32,000 nt of DNA from Candidatus Jordarchaeales archaeon (GCA_038858525.1 JAWCFL010000003.1:28830-60829), one strand, 5' to 3'. Shown: positions 8,749 to 18,443, counted from the stretch's first letter. Numbers and translations are program-made. Notes: a model not told the origin generated them from the letters alone.

Positions 8749-9408
8749 TTAGATTTTCCTCGGCTTTCTTCTCCTGTACTTTGACCTGAGACGCTTCTCT
8801 TTCTCTTTTAGAAGCTCAGGGCTAACCGCCTTACGCTTCTCCATCTTCAGGTAGTTCCTCAGCCACTCGACGTCAGGATACTCTGGAGGTTTATCAGGTA
8901 GCTCCCTTTCACATTTGGGGCACTTTGTGTTTCCGAACAGTACTCTTCCACAGTTTGGACAGAAACCATGCTCTAAAAGTTTCCTTCTTAAGTTGCGAGC
9001 ATTCCTGAATTCCATGGCGGCAAATACGGCGAAGCCACCCATAGCCGCGAGGGCGAAGTAAACCATTTCGATGGGTGTTCTACCTTGGGTATACCACTGC
9101 AAGAAGATCATGAATGATAAGTCTGGTGCGAGAAGCATTTGAAGGATAGGGGGGTACTGGCTTTGAAGGCCATTCATTATTATGGCTATGCTTGCAACAA
9201 ACCCTGCTATGTAAAGGGTTAACATGCGCCTCACGCTACTCCGCCTAGCTAGGTCTTCATGTGTGAGGCACTCTATACACACTTCTCCCGTGGCGTCTTT
9301 AACTCTTTCAAGGCATACCTTACAGAAAAGGCGCTTACACTTTATGCACCGCCCGGTTGCCGCATACTTAGGGTGGAATGTGCAGGGATGGTATTCCCTA
9401 CTGGACAA
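8749..9408 (-). CDS. B-box-like zinc finger membrane protein with C-terminal zinc ribbon
   Basis: CTFHP...CIKCKRLFCKVC...CIEC, two hydrophobic helices, FCPNCG...CPKC and a basic tail. Confidence 0.7.
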   Translation of the reverse strand: MSSREYHPCTFHPKYAATGRCIKCKRLFCKVCLERVKDATGEVCIECLTHEDLARRSSVRRMLTLYIAGFVASIAIIMNGLQSQYPPILQMLLAPDLSFMIFLQWYTQGRTPIEMVYFALAAMGGFAVFAAMEFRNARNLRRKLLEHGFCPNCGRVLFGNTKCPKCERELPDKPPEYPDVEWLRNYLKMEKRKAVSPELLKEKEKRLRSKYRRRKPRKI

Positions 9409-9516
9409 CGGTCTCCCCCACTTTTAACTGAGGAGATGACAGTTAAGACTCAAGTTTCAAGGTTAAAAAGCTTTTTAACGTTTACCGGGGCGTGTAGCAG
9501 ATGGGGGTGTCAAGGT

Positions 9517-9837
9517 TTGTGCGAGTTTAGGGTCAAGGTTGTAGAACGTGACGGCGAGAGGGAAGTCGCAAGCGACATAGTATATGTCAAGGTTGATGGG
9601 GGAAGTGTCACTTTGAAGGATATAACGGGTAAGCCTGTTAAAGTTGAGTCGGCGCTGGTGAGCTACATTAACGTTACATCTGAGGAGCTACACCTGATAA
9701 AGCATCCCTTGATAGGGGCCTTCTTAAGGTTACTCTCAAGTCTCCCAGCTTCAAGCAACGTAAAAGAAGCCCAAGCGCTATGGGAATCCTTCGTTAAAGA
9801 TGGAGAGAAATTGCTGAGAGACGCGTATAGCTCATAG
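9517..9837 (+). CDS. CooT family nickel-binding protein with helical C-terminal extension
   Basis: TTG at 9517 after GGGGTG gives MCEFRVKVVERDGEREVASDIVYVKVDGGSVTLKDITG, matching the CooT N-terminal MC motif. The track ORF from 9259 is over-extended. Confidence 0.7.
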   Translation: MCEFRVKVVERDGEREVASDIVYVKVDGGSVTLKDITGKPVKVESALVSYINVTSEELHLIKHPLIGAFLRLLSSLPASSNVKEAQALWESFVKDGEKLLRDAYSS

Positions 9838-10866
9838 AACATGTATGAAGTCCTTCGCGTTAGCCTCTTGAGATCCGACCAGCACACGGTAGTACTCTTC
9901 GCCCTTCCCTTCAACTCTTTCTAGCTTACCGTGCACCCTTATCCTTTCACTCTCCTCCAAAATGTCGCAGAAAAGACCTTCATATGAGGTAACTTCTCTC
10001 ACGCCCTCAACCGGTTCTCTCTCCAGGAAGACGACGTCCTCAACCTCGTAGCGGCAAGGCAGGAAAAGCGCATCTCTACAAGACGAAACGGTCGCCTCAA
10101 TAGTGCAGAACCCAAGACTCCTGTAAATCTTCTCACCGTAGACTTCATTTATTTCAGCGTCCTCCTTTACAGGATGAATGGAAAACCTTGTACCTTCATA
10201 GAACCCTATGTTCCATTTTCGCTCCAGTATCTTCTTGGCTTGTGTTTTCGAGAGCTGGAAGACCCCTTCCTTCTTGCGGATCCACTCTTCAGCCGCATCG
10301 CCCATAAAAGGCGTAACGGCTTCCCTCCTCAAGTTTAGGATGCTTTCCTTCACCCGTAAGGCGTTCTTTCTTCCGTAAACCGTTAAGTCTATGTCCGAGA
10401 AGGAGGGGTTATGGATGTCTATCAATATGGAGCCGGTTACACCAAACTTCTCTACTGGGACTTCACTTTCACTGGACAATAGCTGGATCAGGGAAAGAGC
10501 CTTCGACTGTAACGGGTCAAGTTCTTCCTTTACAAGTAAACTCGCAACCTTTACTTCAGGATGGTAGCGTTCTACTATTTCACTCCTGGGAACAGCTGAG
10601 AAAGTTATACCGTAGACGTCAGAGTAAAAAAGGTATTTCGGGTGGTCTCTCAGTATTGAGAAGGTGTCTGCGACGGATGCGGCATCATACCTTGCAAGAA
10701 CTCTGTGGAAGCGTGTGGAGCTACCCCACTTTCCGGAGGGGTTTGGAACGTACTTGAGGTAAGCCAGCGTCCTGTCCGGCGGGTGCTCGTAACCGACGAC
10801 ACAGAAAAAGAAGCCCTCGCCCGTTTTTAGAAAGTCCCTATCGCGTTCAGCCCTCACCAAACTCAC
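9832..10866 (-). CDS. predicted nucleotidyltransferase (COG1665-like), paralogue 2
   Basis: RDFLKTGEGFFFCVVGYEHPPDRTLAYLKY and Pol-beta motif GVTGSIL...SDIDL. Confidence 0.85.
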   Translation of the reverse strand: MSLVRAERDRDFLKTGEGFFFCVVGYEHPPDRTLAYLKYVPNPSGKWGSSTRFHRVLARYDAASVADTFSILRDHPKYLFYSDVYGITFSAVPRSEIVERYHPEVKVASLLVKEELDPLQSKALSLIQLLSSESEVPVEKFGVTGSILIDIHNPSFSDIDLTVYGRKNALRVKESILNLRREAVTPFMGDAAEEWIRKKEGVFQLSKTQAKKILERKWNIGFYEGTRFSIHPVKEDAEINEVYGEKIYRSLGFCTIEATVSSCRDALFLPCRYEVEDVVFLEREPVEGVREVTSYEGLFCDILEESERIRVHGKLERVEGKGEEYYRVLVGSQEANAKDFIHVL

Positions 10867-11864
10867 CTCTTAACTATAAGAAAGTCGCCTCTTTCTCCTC
10901 CTATGACAAGCCTGAAACACTCACCCTCCTCAGACGTAACGGCCTCAACTTTACCCTTCGCCATTATCTTTTCTCCCTCTTTGGCTTGGTCGCTGAAGCG
11001 CCCCCTCAGCGAGAACACTTCATTCACGGGTTTCGTCACACCGTCCAATACGCGCACTTTCTCCAAAACGTAGCGGCAGGGGGTGAAAATGGCGTCCGAG
11101 TCGTCGGAGACGACACCTTCAATTAACGCGTAGCCTAAAGGCGTATACCTCTTTTCCCCATAGGACTCACCGTACTCGTCGGGAAACTTCACGAAGCGAA
11201 GAAAGAAGTCGTATCCCATAACTAGGCCCGACATGTGCTTTCGCCGTTCACTTCTTGCAAACTCCTCATAGCTCATAGTAGTGTCTTTAAGCCTAAACTC
11301 GTAGAGGCGCTTCAGTCCGAATTCATCATAAGCCTTGACGTCTCCTCCTTCAGCCATGAGGTCGCCGACAGCCCTGTATGCTTTCCGGGAGTTCACCTCA
11401 CCGAAAACCACTAGGTCAACGTCGGACCCTTCTCCCGCTAATCCTACAAGCATGGAGCCCGATACGCCTATGCTGCTTAGGGGTATCCCCGCTTTCCTAG
11501 CTATTTCAAGTGCAAGGTGAACAGCTGCCTCTTCTAGTCCGCTCCTTTCCTCCTCTCCTAGAAGCTGGGAAAGTTTTTCCCGTGGGTCGTAGACTTTCAC
11601 TATTCTGTCCCGTGGAACGCCCTCTAAAACAATGCCGAAGACAGGATCAAAGTAAAGGTATTCTGGCTTTTTGGTTTTGAGTACGGTGTCCCTCTCCGCA
11701 AGCGAGTAAACTTTACGGTATTTCACCCCTCTTCTTTCTCGTTCTCCTTCTCTATCTGGGAAGTAACGCAGGTATGCTATGACTCTATCTGGTGGATGAA
11801 GTAATCCTTTAACGTCAAATATAAGGCCGTCAATGTCCTCTATAAAGAAGCCTTCCATTATCAA
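10863..11864 (-). CDS. predicted nucleotidyltransferase (COG1665-like), paralogue 1
   Basis: EGFFIEDIDGLIFDVKGLLHPPDRVIAYLRY and GVSGSML...SDVDL. Confidence 0.85.
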   Translation of the reverse strand: MIMEGFFIEDIDGLIFDVKGLLHPPDRVIAYLRYFPDREGERERRGVKYRKVYSLAERDTVLKTKKPEYLYFDPVFGIVLEGVPRDRIVKVYDPREKLSQLLGEEERSGLEEAAVHLALEIARKAGIPLSSIGVSGSMLVGLAGEGSDVDLVVFGEVNSRKAYRAVGDLMAEGGDVKAYDEFGLKRLYEFRLKDTTMSYEEFARSERRKHMSGLVMGYDFFLRFVKFPDEYGESYGEKRYTPLGYALIEGVVSDDSDAIFTPCRYVLEKVRVLDGVTKPVNEVFSLRGRFSDQAKEGEKIMAKGKVEAVTSEEGECFRLVIGGERGDFLIVKR

Positions 11865-12814
11865 GCGTTACCGCCAGCCTGAAGCTCTTTTTTCAATTCT
11901 CCAACTCTGGCGCGCCTATAGGCTACGGCATTATGGGGGTGAACTGACTCGATGCTCTCCACCCTAACTTCTATAATGTCTTCGTCTGAGAGCTGGTTGA
12001 GCCTTGTTAAGGCGTTCAGTATGATTAGCCTCGCAACGTCCTCCACGAAAAGAGGGTTTAGGTGTGCGAGTCTAACCAAGCTGGCTTCGTCAGGCCTCTT
12101 TAAGACGTCATGTATAACACCACTCATCGAATCCTCAACTATTTTAACCAACTCAGAGACATCTATGCTGCTATTCCTCACTTCTACGGTGAGGGAACCT
12201 ATGCAGCGCTGACTGTGGGATGCAAGCGGAACCAAGCTGAGAATCTTGCGTATGGCATCCTCACTTAATGATAGTTCTTCAGTCCTCTTTCTGATAACGC
12301 TTTCAGCGTAATCCTTCACCAGCTCCTGGGCGCAGGGACAAGCAGTCATACCTTCAACATCCACGCCCAAGAAAATTCTTGTCTCGATTTTTCCGCTTTT
12401 CCTAACAGCCTTGCCCTCAACGTGCAGCATGTATGCCTTCTGGCGTTTAACCTCGCTTTCACTAGCTCTCACGTCAAGCACCACCGGCCCCTCTAGGAGT
12501 ACCCTTGCTTTATCAGCGTAGTCATGTTTCTCCAAGAGGCGTGTTAACATCTTCCTGCAAAGCTCCTCAATGCTTCCAACGGGGGAATACGTTATGTCTT
12601 CCACTATGCTCTCAATAGTCTCACTACTCCTCGAAAGATGCACTCCTCTCTGCTCCCTAGGCAGGTTTATAAAAACGGATATTTTAGGAATTAGAGAAAT
12701 CTCGCTTCTCCCTTTGACTATTCTAACTCGTTTTATTAGTCCTGTTATACCTACTTCGTCGAGCGATACAGGTATTCGGGACTTCTCGTTTTGGACATCA
12801 GGCAGATTACTCAT
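11861..12814 (-). CDS. mptA: GTP cyclohydrolase MptA (FolE2 family)
   Basis: LPDVQ, RGVHLSR, GMTACPCAQ, SHSQR, LFVEDVAR and ESIESVHPHNA motifs. ATG at 12814 overlaps the upstream stop. Confidence 0.93.
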   Translation of the reverse strand: MSNLPDVQNEKSRIPVSLDEVGITGLIKRVRIVKGRSEISLIPKISVFINLPREQRGVHLSRSSETIESIVEDITYSPVGSIEELCRKMLTRLLEKHDYADKARVLLEGPVVLDVRASESEVKRQKAYMLHVEGKAVRKSGKIETRIFLGVDVEGMTACPCAQELVKDYAESVIRKRTEELSLSEDAIRKILSLVPLASHSQRCIGSLTVEVRNSSIDVSELVKIVEDSMSGVIHDVLKRPDEASLVRLAHLNPLFVEDVARLIILNALTRLNQLSDEDIIEVRVESIESVHPHNAVAYRRARVGELKKELQAGGNA

Positions 12815-14351
12815 GCCAACCACCGAAAACGTCCACGTCTTGAACGTAGCTTTTGCCGAGCTTCAGACATACTTCAGCTTTCTCTAGCTCTCTTCCGAGG
12901 TAAATGGCGTGCTCCAGCGAGCCCACCAGTCCCTCCGAAAGAATTGCTTTACCAATGTGTTCAGCACTTCTCCCAGCAAAAAGCATTTCTCCCTTTACTC
13001 CCCTGTACAACGTGAAAATTCTGCCATCATCATGACTCACCCATATAGTAAAGTATCCTAGAGGGTCAGGCGAGTAATCATCAACCTTCACCTCAGAAAT
13101 AACGCGCATTCCTTCTGTGTCTGGGGGCTCAAAGTACTCCTTCTTACTTTTAGCCACAAAAACATCCACGCCGAGATCCTTTGGAGGAGTGGAAAGAGCC
13201 TTCGCCATGTATGCCAGCTTTCTTGCGGCTGCAACTTCTCTCACGCATCCACGACACTTGACGCTGTTCTCTGTTGTCAGGAGCACGGCGACACCCAACT
13301 CCTGTGCCAGCAATGCCAGAAACACGTTTACCCCTACACTGTCTGCATCTATGAACTCCGTCACGTTCCCTGCTCCAAAAAGAAGAGGAGTTACTTCATC
13401 CATATCCCTAAAGAAAAAGTAGGATCTAAGGGAATTTGCGATGCCAGGATTTATGGGAGGTTCGAGAAGTGGGTCCGCTAAAACCTTAACCAGCCCAGCC
13501 CCCCTAACCTCTTTAACCAGTTCAAGCGTCTTCCTTGCTCTTTCTTCAGGGCTTCTTGGAATTTCTCCTTTCTTCACGTTGGTCGGCAGAATAGTTACAG
13601 CTACGTCACTCGGCAACTTAACTTCTTCAAAGTTGCCATAGTCCAAGCTAAGCACCATGTCGGCGCCAGCCTCCACGGCCGCCTCGATCTCCGCAGGATT
13701 CAAGCTGTCCACACTAACAGGAACCCTAAATTTTTCCCTCACCACATGTACAAGGTCAGATATTTTGCGAGAGTTATCTTTCCCGACGATCGCGCCGATG
13801 TCGATCATGTCCGCTCCCGACTCCAAAAAATACTCTGTCCTAGCTATTACTTTGCTGAGGGGGAGCTCAGGGGCATCCACAACCTCCGCTAACACTCTGA
13901 CTGGACCATCCACTCCAACGTAGACCGGCTCTACATCCACCCTCCCTATTGTGAAGCCCAAATGGAAGCCCTCAGTCAGCTCGCCTAACTTACTCCACGC
14001 CTCATCCCTTAACCTGGCAAGTACGACGTCTAATGCTTCTTCCTTTGATAAGGAAGCAAAGTTCTTGAGTATTAGAGGTATGTCGCACGCGTACCTTGGT
14101 CCCTTAAAAACCGGGACCCCCAGCTGCTCCTCAACAGCGCTGACGTCACCCCTTAAAAGCCCTGGGACAATTATGGCGTCATACTTCTCTCTTGAGACCA
14201 CTCCTTTAAGGTGTTCCACGAGCATTTGTGGGGTGATTAGAGCCGCCACTGAGACGGGCAGAGACACGACGTCAACTTCGATCTCAAGGCTCTCGGCATA
14301 CTTTCTGACTTGACCCTCAGCGAGGCGACCTGTGACAAATAGCACCCTCAA
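12807..14351 (-). CDS. dihydropteroate synthase-like protein (archaeal methanopterin-associated type, C-terminal DUF4346-like domain)
   Basis: VLFVTGRLAE N-domain; pterin-binding barrel (VLAEVVDAP, ADMIDIG, VSVDSLNP, ADPLLEP, GAGNVTEFIDADSVGVN); C-terminal DPLGYF...HAIYLGRELEKAE. Confidence 0.9.
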   Translation of the reverse strand: MRVLFVTGRLAEGQVRKYAESLEIEVDVVSLPVSVAALITPQMLVEHLKGVVSREKYDAIIVPGLLRGDVSAVEEQLGVPVFKGPRYACDIPLILKNFASLSKEEALDVVLARLRDEAWSKLGELTEGFHLGFTIGRVDVEPVYVGVDGPVRVLAEVVDAPELPLSKVIARTEYFLESGADMIDIGAIVGKDNSRKISDLVHVVREKFRVPVSVDSLNPAEIEAAVEAGADMVLSLDYGNFEEVKLPSDVAVTILPTNVKKGEIPRSPEERARKTLELVKEVRGAGLVKVLADPLLEPPINPGIANSLRSYFFFRDMDEVTPLLFGAGNVTEFIDADSVGVNVFLALLAQELGVAVLLTTENSVKCRGCVREVAAARKLAYMAKALSTPPKDLGVDVFVAKSKKEYFEPPDTEGMRVISEVKVDDYSPDPLGYFTIWVSHDDGRIFTLYRGVKGEMLFAGRSAEHIGKAILSEGLVGSLEHAIYLGRELEKAEVCLKLGKSYVQDVDVFGGWHE

Positions 14352-15082
14352 AATCCAAGGTCCCTCCTCAAGTAGAGTGTTATCTCTTGGGGGTGTTTTA
14401 ACACGCGGACTCCATCCATTTCTGAAAGCCTCTTGACGTTCTCCGCGTCCACCCTTCTGACTCGAGTCTTAACTCGCCTTCCAAAGACAACCGCCCTGTA
14501 GGGGCACTCGTTGACGCATAAAAAACAGCCAACACACTTTAACAGGTTCACTATGGGCTTACCTTCGACTCTCACAAAAGCAGTATTTGGGCACTTTTCC
14601 TCTGGAAGACAAAGCGCACAGCCTAGGCACACGTCCCTGTCAACGAATACTGGCAAAGTGGTTTCAACTTCTCCTTCATCGTAGTCTGTTGGAACCACGT
14701 AAACGGGAACTCCGCTTTTTATCGCTTGAGCAAAGGCTGTCGTAATTAACGTGTCACATATGCCGAAAGCCATCTTTGCAACGGTGTTGGAGGTTGCTGG
14801 AGAGACTATGAAGGCGCTGTACTTTCCCGAGGCGAAGCGTCCAGCCTTAGGAAAACTGGCTCCTTCCTCTCTTTCGAGCACCACTTCCTGATAGTATCCT
14901 CCAGGGGCTATCGTCCCAAGCTCCCTAAAAACGCCATACATCCTGGCTACTTCTTCTCCCGCCCTAGAAAGAAAAACGGTGACTGCGACTTTGAACTCCT
15001 TTTTTAGTTGCAGAAAGACTTCCAAGGTTTCCCTCATGAAGTGGCCTGCTCCCGTAATTCCCCAAGCTAACCTAAACACCAA
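14348..15082 (-). CDS. dmrX: dihydromethanopterin reductase, archaeoflavoprotein with ferredoxin insert (MJ0208/DmrX type)
   Basis: LAWGITGAGH and VSPATSNTVAK flavoprotein motifs plus CLGCALC...C and CVGCFLCVNECP 4Fe-4S motifs. Confidence 0.85.
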   Translation of the reverse strand: MVFRLAWGITGAGHFMRETLEVFLQLKKEFKVAVTVFLSRAGEEVARMYGVFRELGTIAPGGYYQEVVLEREEGASFPKAGRFASGKYSAFIVSPATSNTVAKMAFGICDTLITTAFAQAIKSGVPVYVVPTDYDEGEVETTLPVFVDRDVCLGCALCLPEEKCPNTAFVRVEGKPIVNLLKCVGCFLCVNECPYRAVVFGRRVKTRVRRVDAENVKRLSEMDGVRVLKHPQEITLYLRRDLGF

Positions 15083-16151
15083 GCTTCCTCCTTAGGTCAC
15101 GTATCTCGTCGAAGTAAACGTAGTCCAGCACCGAGCCATACGCGTCCTTTATCCTGAGTCTTTCAACGAGCGGCTTACAGCACCCGCCGGATAAACCGTT
15201 TGCTATGAGGGCGGCGCCTTGAGCAGCCTCCTTAGCTATCCTGGCGAACCCCTTAACTCTTCTTGTGGGAGCAAAACGTGTAAGCCGACTCTCAAGCTCT
15301 CTTCTTATTCTCTCAACTCTAGCAAGTCGCCCCGAGAGAAGTATCGAGTCGAAGTTGTTTAAAGAAGCGGCAACCGAAGCTACGTCTTTAACGGTTCCCT
15401 CAATGAGCGCGTCCCAAGCAAGTTTGAATCTTTCATCCCGCTCCGCCATGAGGGCAAACTCCTCAGGGGTTACACTTTCATACCCGGCAATGTATGTTGC
15501 CCCACCGGTATATAGCAACTTTTTCTCAAATCCACCCAGCAAGTAGGCTACCTCGGCGTCCATTCCTCCGCACGCCATGAAGCCCATGCAACCCTCGGCG
15601 CCGCCTACAGCGTCTACGATCTCTCCCCTCTCCACTCCTATGACCGCCGTAAAGCCTCCTCCCATCTCTATGAGAACAAACGAAACGTCATCGTATTCTG
15701 CGTTTTTCTCACGGGCAGCCTCCCAGAGAGCTAGGGCCACGCTGCAAAGTTTATCGGACGTTCCCATATCTATCTTGTTAACTTTCCTATAAGATGGAAT
15801 TGAAGGAAGGTGCTTAATTCCCGGAATAACGTATCCTTCAACTCCTTCATTTATGAGGAGCTTCACAACATTCTCTAAGCCTATAATTCGGGCTTCCTTT
15901 TCCTTCTTTAAAGTCATGAGAAAGAACTGCTTCTCATCTAAATCTTTAAGCTTCGTGAGCGGCAAACCATAGCCGCTGGGGGCAACAACCAAGTCAACTG
16001 ACCCCATTGATTTAACTATCTTTACAACTCGAGACGGCTCCTCCAGAACTTCTCTTGTAGGTATCGATGTATCTAGAACGACGTCCTCCTCGTCCAAGCC
16101 GACAATGTCCCACGAACTAGTGCCAGGGTCTATGCCGCAAACTCGGACCAA
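15072..16151 (-). CDS. DUF1464 family ASKHA (acetate/butyrate kinase-like) protein
   Basis: GIDPGTSSWD, APSGYG, KIDMGTSDK, EMGGGFTA, LLSGRL and AAQGAALIANG motifs. Confidence 0.85.
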   Translation of the reverse strand: MVRVCGIDPGTSSWDIVGLDEEDVVLDTSIPTREVLEEPSRVVKIVKSMGSVDLVVAPSGYGLPLTKLKDLDEKQFFLMTLKKEKEARIIGLENVVKLLINEGVEGYVIPGIKHLPSIPSYRKVNKIDMGTSDKLCSVALALWEAAREKNAEYDDVSFVLIEMGGGFTAVIGVERGEIVDAVGGAEGCMGFMACGGMDAEVAYLLGGFEKKLLYTGGATYIAGYESVTPEEFALMAERDERFKLAWDALIEGTVKDVASVAASLNNFDSILLSGRLARVERIRRELESRLTRFAPTRRVKGFARIAKEAAQGAALIANGLSGGCCKPLVERLRIKDAYGSVLDYVYFDEIRDLRRKLGV

Positions 16152-16176
16152 CTACTTCCCCCGCAACCACAAAGCC

Positions 16177-17190
16177 TTAGTGCCTGAGAGTCAAGATAGC
16201 CTCCTCGAAAACTTGAGCGCCCGTATTATTAACTTTAGCTATGAAACACTCGCCTCCAATTATGGACAAGTAGGTTTCGACTTCGGAGAGAAGGGACTCT
16301 GCAGCCCTCTTACCTTCAACCACGCCGAAGACTGCCGGGCCGAATGAGCTCATCCCCGCCCCAGCGGCCCCCCATTTTATCATGGAATCTATAAGTTCCT
16401 TAACTAGCGGAGGCTGCAGGGAAACTTCTAACTTTTTAAAGCCCAACCCCTGAATCTCGGTCAGCCCCTCACCGAAAGAAGACAGGTCTCTTTCAACGAC
16501 TGCGGGAAGGATCTTCATAAGGATAAGGTGGCATATAGCCTCAACTTCGTGTCTGGGAATAGGGCAAAACTTCTCAAAGATCTTCACTTCCTTAGCACCG
16601 TGCGCTCCTTTCTCAACATTAGGAACCCCAACAACGAAAAACCACTTTCCGGGCATGTTATACCTTACCAGTACCGGTGCGGGGGGAGCTGAGGAGGCGG
16701 ATGAGGGAAGAAACTTTTCCTTATCCTTCCCCTTGCCGAAGCTATGCCCCCCATCCAGAATGAAACCTCCTCTCTCAAAGGCTGCAACACCAATACCGGA
16801 TGTTCCCCCCCTTCCCGTAATCGACGCGAGGCGCCTTACGTCGCAATTTAATCCAAAAAGGGAGGATACAGCCTTAGCAACGGCAAGCGAAAGCTGAGTC
16901 TTGGAGCCCAAGCCAACATGCTCCGGAATGGCTTCCAGAACTTCCACTCTGACCCCTGATTCTATATTGAACGCCTCGACGACTTTTCTGAGCACAGCTT
17001 CAGCGGAGTCTTTCCTTAGGCCATAAACTTCTTGCCTGTCAGAGAGAGAGGCTTTCACAACAACGTTGGGCCTATCTATAGCCACACCTATTCCGCCGTC
17101 CACCCTGCTGAGAGAGCCATTTAAGTCGATAAGCGTGAAGTGGAGGCGGGCCGGCGTCTTCACGTACACTTCCTTCAACCAAACCACCAT
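16177..17190 (-). CDS. mptG: beta-ribofuranosylaminobenzene 5'-phosphate (RFAP) synthase, GHMP family
   Basis: TPARLHFTLIDLNG, HVGLGSKTQ, GRGGTSGIG, GGFILDGGH and GMSSFGP motifs. ATG at 17190 (track start 17208). Confidence 0.92.
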   Translation of the reverse strand: MVVWLKEVYVKTPARLHFTLIDLNGSLSRVDGGIGVAIDRPNVVVKASLSDRQEVYGLRKDSAEAVLRKVVEAFNIESGVRVEVLEAIPEHVGLGSKTQLSLAVAKAVSSLFGLNCDVRRLASITGRGGTSGIGVAAFERGGFILDGGHSFGKGKDKEKFLPSSASSAPPAPVLVRYNMPGKWFFVVGVPNVEKGAHGAKEVKIFEKFCPIPRHEVEAICHLILMKILPAVVERDLSSFGEGLTEIQGLGFKKLEVSLQPPLVKELIDSMIKWGAAGAGMSSFGPAVFGVVEGKRAAESLLSEVETYLSIIGGECFIAKVNNTGAQVFEEAILTLRH

Positions 17191-17609
17191 CACGATAAAA
17201 TTTAACAAAGTTTACTTAACTACATATCAATTTTCAAAGTTACACTTCAAGCCTAAAAAAAAGAAGGACAAACCTAGGATATAAGAGTTTTCGTCAGCTA
17301 GCAAAGAAACAACTTCACCAATAAACTTCAGGCTCGCAGACACATCTTTCACTAGAGGCAGCTACAGGCCAGAGTTTCGGCAGATTACTAGATTATAACA
17401 AGAAGATACATTAATTACCACTCAAAATATAATAACCGTGTCCCGACCTCGAATCAATCGGCACCTTTTACGATACATTACTCCGATCCCTTCCCCTAAC
17501 ACGTAATCCTCGCCTCTTCGCTATTTAGATTATACAACGCCCGAAAAGGCACTAAACCTGAAGGCACATCAATCCTTCCGCCTTTTCACGTTACATGGAC
17601 CAACGAAAA

Positions 17610-17641
17610 TTGTTTAAGAGCTACGTTGTTTAAGAGCCACG
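17610..17641. repeat. 16-bp tandem direct repeat, 2 copies
   Basis: TTGTTTAAGAGCTACG / TTGTTTAAGAGCCACG (1 mismatch). Confidence 0.6.
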
Positions 17642-18443
17642 CGGTAGCCAAGACAAAAATTAATTTAAGAACTAGAAAGTACACTTGACTCATCATACCG
17701 CCAGGCAAAATTTTTATGAGAAAAATAGTCGAGTGCTTACCAAATTACTGAGCATACAGATACATGTATTTTTAATGTTTTCTTAAGTTTGAAAAAGGTA
17801 TAGATGTCTATACAAGGCACTTATTCTGACAGCCCACTTATATGAGGCTCTTCAAATTCTGTCTTTTACATGCAGGATGACATGGAGAGTGTTTTGCGAG
17901 GGCTTTTCTTCACATTGGTAAGCATTAGCATACTGATTAGTTGTTGGAGGCATTACGGTCGTAACAGTAACTGAAAACACATGAAGGAGACTCATTGACG
18001 AATACAAGGCATAGATAACAAGCCTCACTTACAGGTTAGCCATAACAGCCTATCGCTCAAATGACAAAACAAGCATCATGGTCACGTCAACCTCAAGCAT
18101 ATTGAAAAGGCAATTTCAGCCTGCGGCAAAGCCAGTAATAAATCAAGAGCGCAATGGAAGAAGAATTAGAGAAAAAACCTAAAGCCATGTAGCTCGTAGA
18201 AAAGTCAGCGGAACTTAAATCACCAGCACGAGTATAAGAGGTCTACAAATAGCAGAGTAACACATCAACAGCACATGTGGAGACGAGGAAGATGCAAAAG
18301 CATGTATGAACACGCCTATTGAATCTGTGTCATCCTTAAGTTGCCAATGAAAACTTAAAGGCTGAAACGGAAGAGGTAGTGAAAGGTTAACTGTTCGGCG
18401 ACAGAGAACTTACTAGTAATTTAAAGGTGAAAAATGGAATAAA

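Noticed and set aside
9259-9516. N-terminal extension of the 9259-9837 ORF
   Set aside because: It overlaps the divergent 8749-9408 gene; the CooT motif and SD support a start at 9517.
17610-17641. Tandem repeat as a CRISPR remnant
   Set aside because: Only two adjacent 16-bp copies, no spacer and no cas genes.
17870-17974. 34-codon hydrophobic ORF (MQDDMESVLRGLFFTLVSISILISCWRHYGRNSN)
   Set aside because: Short, with no clear SD or homology; cannot be told from chance in an AT-rich tract.
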